Assembly: GCA_965220745.1 (NCBI GenBank)
Contig: CBDCQT010000005.1
Span: 320,001 to 384,000, forward strand
Reading direction: 5' to 3'
DNA from: Alphaproteobacteria bacterium
GTDB lineage: Bacteria; Pseudomonadota; Alphaproteobacteria; UBA828
DNA length: 64,000 nucleotides
A model generated the notes under the pieces. It saw nothing but the letters and a program-made list of their open reading frames with translations, searched no databases and had not been told where the DNA came from. A program made the position numbers and the translations under genes. Position 1 is the stretch's first letter; every line of letters begins with the position of its first letter. Positions 62,031-64,000 of the stretch are shown here, in pieces.

Positions 62031-64000
62031 ATGACCGAAATGCTGCCGATCTCGTCCCGCATCTGGGACATGAAGTACCGCCTCAAGGCGGCGGACGGCA
62101 CGCCCATCGACGGCACGATCGAGGATAGCTGGCGGCGGGTGGCCCGCGCGCTCGCCTCGGTCGAGGCGGAGCCCGAGCGCTGGGAGCCCGAATTCTACAG
62201 CGCGCTGGAGGGATTCAAGTTCCTGCCCGCCGGCCGCATCCTCGCCGGTGCCGGGGCGGAACGGCAGGTCACGCTCTTCAACTGCTTCGTGATGGGGCGG
62301 ATTGCGGACGACATGACCGCGATCTTCGAGCACCTGAAGGAAGCCGCGCTCACCATGCAGCAGGGCGGGGGCATCGGCTACGACTTCTCGACGCTCCGGC
62401 CCAAGGGGGCGCCGGTCAAGGGCGTCGGCGCCGATGCCTCGGGACCGCTGCCCTTCATGGACTGCTGGGACGCGATGTGCCGCACCATCATGAGTGCCGG
62501 CTTCCGCCGTGGCGCCATGATGGGCTGCCTGCGCTGCGATCACCCGGACATCGAAGCCTTCATCGAGGCCAAGCGCGACCCCGGTCGGCTCCGCATGTTC
62601 AACCTCTCGGTGCTGGTGACCGATCCGTTCATGCAGGCGGTCAAGGACAATGCGCCATGGGAGCTCCGCTTCGAGGGTGTCGTCTACAAGACCGTCTCCG
62701 CGCGCGCCCTGTGGGAGCGGATCATCCGCTCGACCTACGCCTATGCCGAGCCCGGCGTAATCTTCATTGACCGTATCAACCGGGCCAACAACCTCGCCTA
62801 TTGCGAGGAGATTTTCGCGACCAATCCCTGCGGCGAACAGCCGCTGCCGCCCTATGGCGCCTGCCTCCTGGGCTCGATCAACCTGGCGAGCCTGGTGCAG
62901 GACCCCTTCGAGCCGGGTGCTGCGCTCGACATGGCGGCGCTGGAAGCGCTCACCGCAACCGCCGTCAGGATGCTCGACAACGCCATCGACTGCTCGCGCT
63001 TCCCCATCGCAGCCCAGCACGAAGAGGCGCAGGCGAAGCGGCGCATCGGGCTCGGCGTCACCGGGCTCGCCGACGCGCTCATCATGTGCCGGGCGCGCTA
63101 CGGCAGCGACGCGGCGGACGAGTTGATCGAGCAGTGGATGGGCGGCCTGCAGCGGGCGGCGTATCTCGCATCGGCGCGGCTGGCCGAAGAGAAGGGGGCC
63201 TTCCCGCTCTACGACGCCGCACGCTATGCCGAGAGCCCGACGATCCAGCGCCTCGACGACGACGTGCGGGCGGCGATCGCCGCTTCGGGAGTCCGCAACG
63301 CGCTGCTCACTTCGGTGGCGCCGACCGGCACGATCTCGCTGCTGGCGGGCAACGTCTCCTCCGGTATCGAGCCCGTGTTCAGCTATTCCTATACGCGCAA
63401 CGTGCTGATGCCGGACGGCACGCGCCGGGCGGAGTCGGTGGACGACCACGCCTACCTGCTGTTCAGGCGCCTCAAGGGCGACGCGGCACAGCTGCCGGAC
63501 TACTTCGTCGATGCCCAGTCGCTCCGCCCGGCGGATCATCTCGCCGTGCAGGCGCGGGTCCAGGCCTTCGTCGACAGCTCCATCTCCAAGACCATCAATT
63601 GCCCGGAGGAGATGGAATTCGACGATTTCAAGGACGTTTACATGCGGGCCTACGACCTGGGCTGCAAGGGCTGCACTACCTATCGGCCCAACCCGGTGAC
63701 CGGCGCGGTGCTCGAAAGTGCGTCCGGTGCGGAGGAGGGGGGCGACACCACGCCTGCAGCCGAGGGCGAGACCCGGCCGGTCTCGGCTGAGGTCCACGCT
63801 CTGCCGGCAGCGCGGCAGAGCGAGCTCCCGTTGGAGCCGCCGCCGGCCCGGCCCGAGGATGCCTTCGAGGCCGGCGCGGTGATCCAGATGACCCGGCCGT
63901 TGGAGCGGCCGGAGTCGTTGCACGGCAGTACCTACAAGATCCGCTGGCCGGAGAGCGACCACGCCATCTACATCACCATCAACGACATCGTGCGCGACGG
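62031..64000 (+). CDS. nrdJ: Class II (adenosylcobalamin-dependent) ribonucleotide reductase, runs off the window end
   Basis: Manual translation from ATG 62031: MTEMLPISSRIWDMKYR, FLPAGRI, TLFNCFV, RRGAMM, ATNPCGEQ, APTGTIS, SISKTIN, KGCTTYRP; absent from the ORF track, consistent with no stop inside the window. Confidence 0.93.
   Translation, partial: MTEMLPISSRIWDMKYRLKAADGTPIDGTIEDSWRRVARALASVEAEPERWEPEFYSALEGFKFLPAGRILAGAGAERQVTLFNCFVMGRIADDMTAIFEHLKEAALTMQQGGGIGYDFSTLRPKGAPVKGVGADASGPLPFMDCWDAMCRTIMSAGFRRGAMMGCLRCDHPDIEAFIEAKRDPGRLRMFNLSVLVTDPFMQAVKDNAPWELRFEGVVYKTVSARALWERIIRSTYAYAEPGVIFIDRINRANNLAYCEEIFATNPCGEQPLPPYGACLLGSINLASLVQDPFEPGAALDMAALEALTATAVRMLDNAIDCSRFPIAAQHEEAQAKRRIGLGVTGLADALIMCRARYGSDAADELIEQWMGGLQRAAYLASARLAEEKGAFPLYDAARYAESPTIQRLDDDVRAAIAASGVRNALLTSVAPTGTISLLAGNVSSGIEPVFSYSYTRNVLMPDGTRRAESVDDHAYLLFRRLKGDAAQLPDYFVDAQSLRPADHLAVQARVQAFVDSSISKTINCPEEMEFDDFKDVYMRAYDLGCKGCTTYRPNPVTGAVLESASGAEEGGDTTPAAEGETRPVSAEVHALPAARQSELPLEPPPARPEDAFEAGAVIQMTRPLERPESLHGSTYKIRWPESDHAIYITINDIVRD

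Overview
High-GC alphaproteobacterial (Rhodospirillales-like, inferred from gene content) chromosomal window. The right half is core genome: an amidase gene, rnpB, a complete dcw cluster (mraZ to lpxC), argH-lysA and the 5' part of nrdJ. The left half holds parE, uvrB, apaG-folE-trkH, an EF-G paralog with mlaA/mlaC, and catabolic or redox genes. It also has a lower-GC mrr restriction gene cut by an IS630 element; removing the IS and one TA restores the frame. The signals not explained by the ORF track are mostly non-coding. (1) Three copies of a multi-hairpin repeat show compensatory base changes, sit between convergent genes, and have ends resembling the IS630 ends. (2) Two diverged copies of a second, about 250-bp element carry an identical 21-bp core, a conserved 15-codon micro-ORF and 10-bp-phased repeats resembling the mraZ operator. 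(3) A tandem NrdR-like box pair and a perfect LexA box lie between rnpB and mraZ. (4) The folE leader has a candidate anti-SD switch. (5) An unannotated remnant of a pyrimidine-dimer glycosylase gene lies upstream of parE. All calls come from reading the sequence and recalling motifs; no searches were run.
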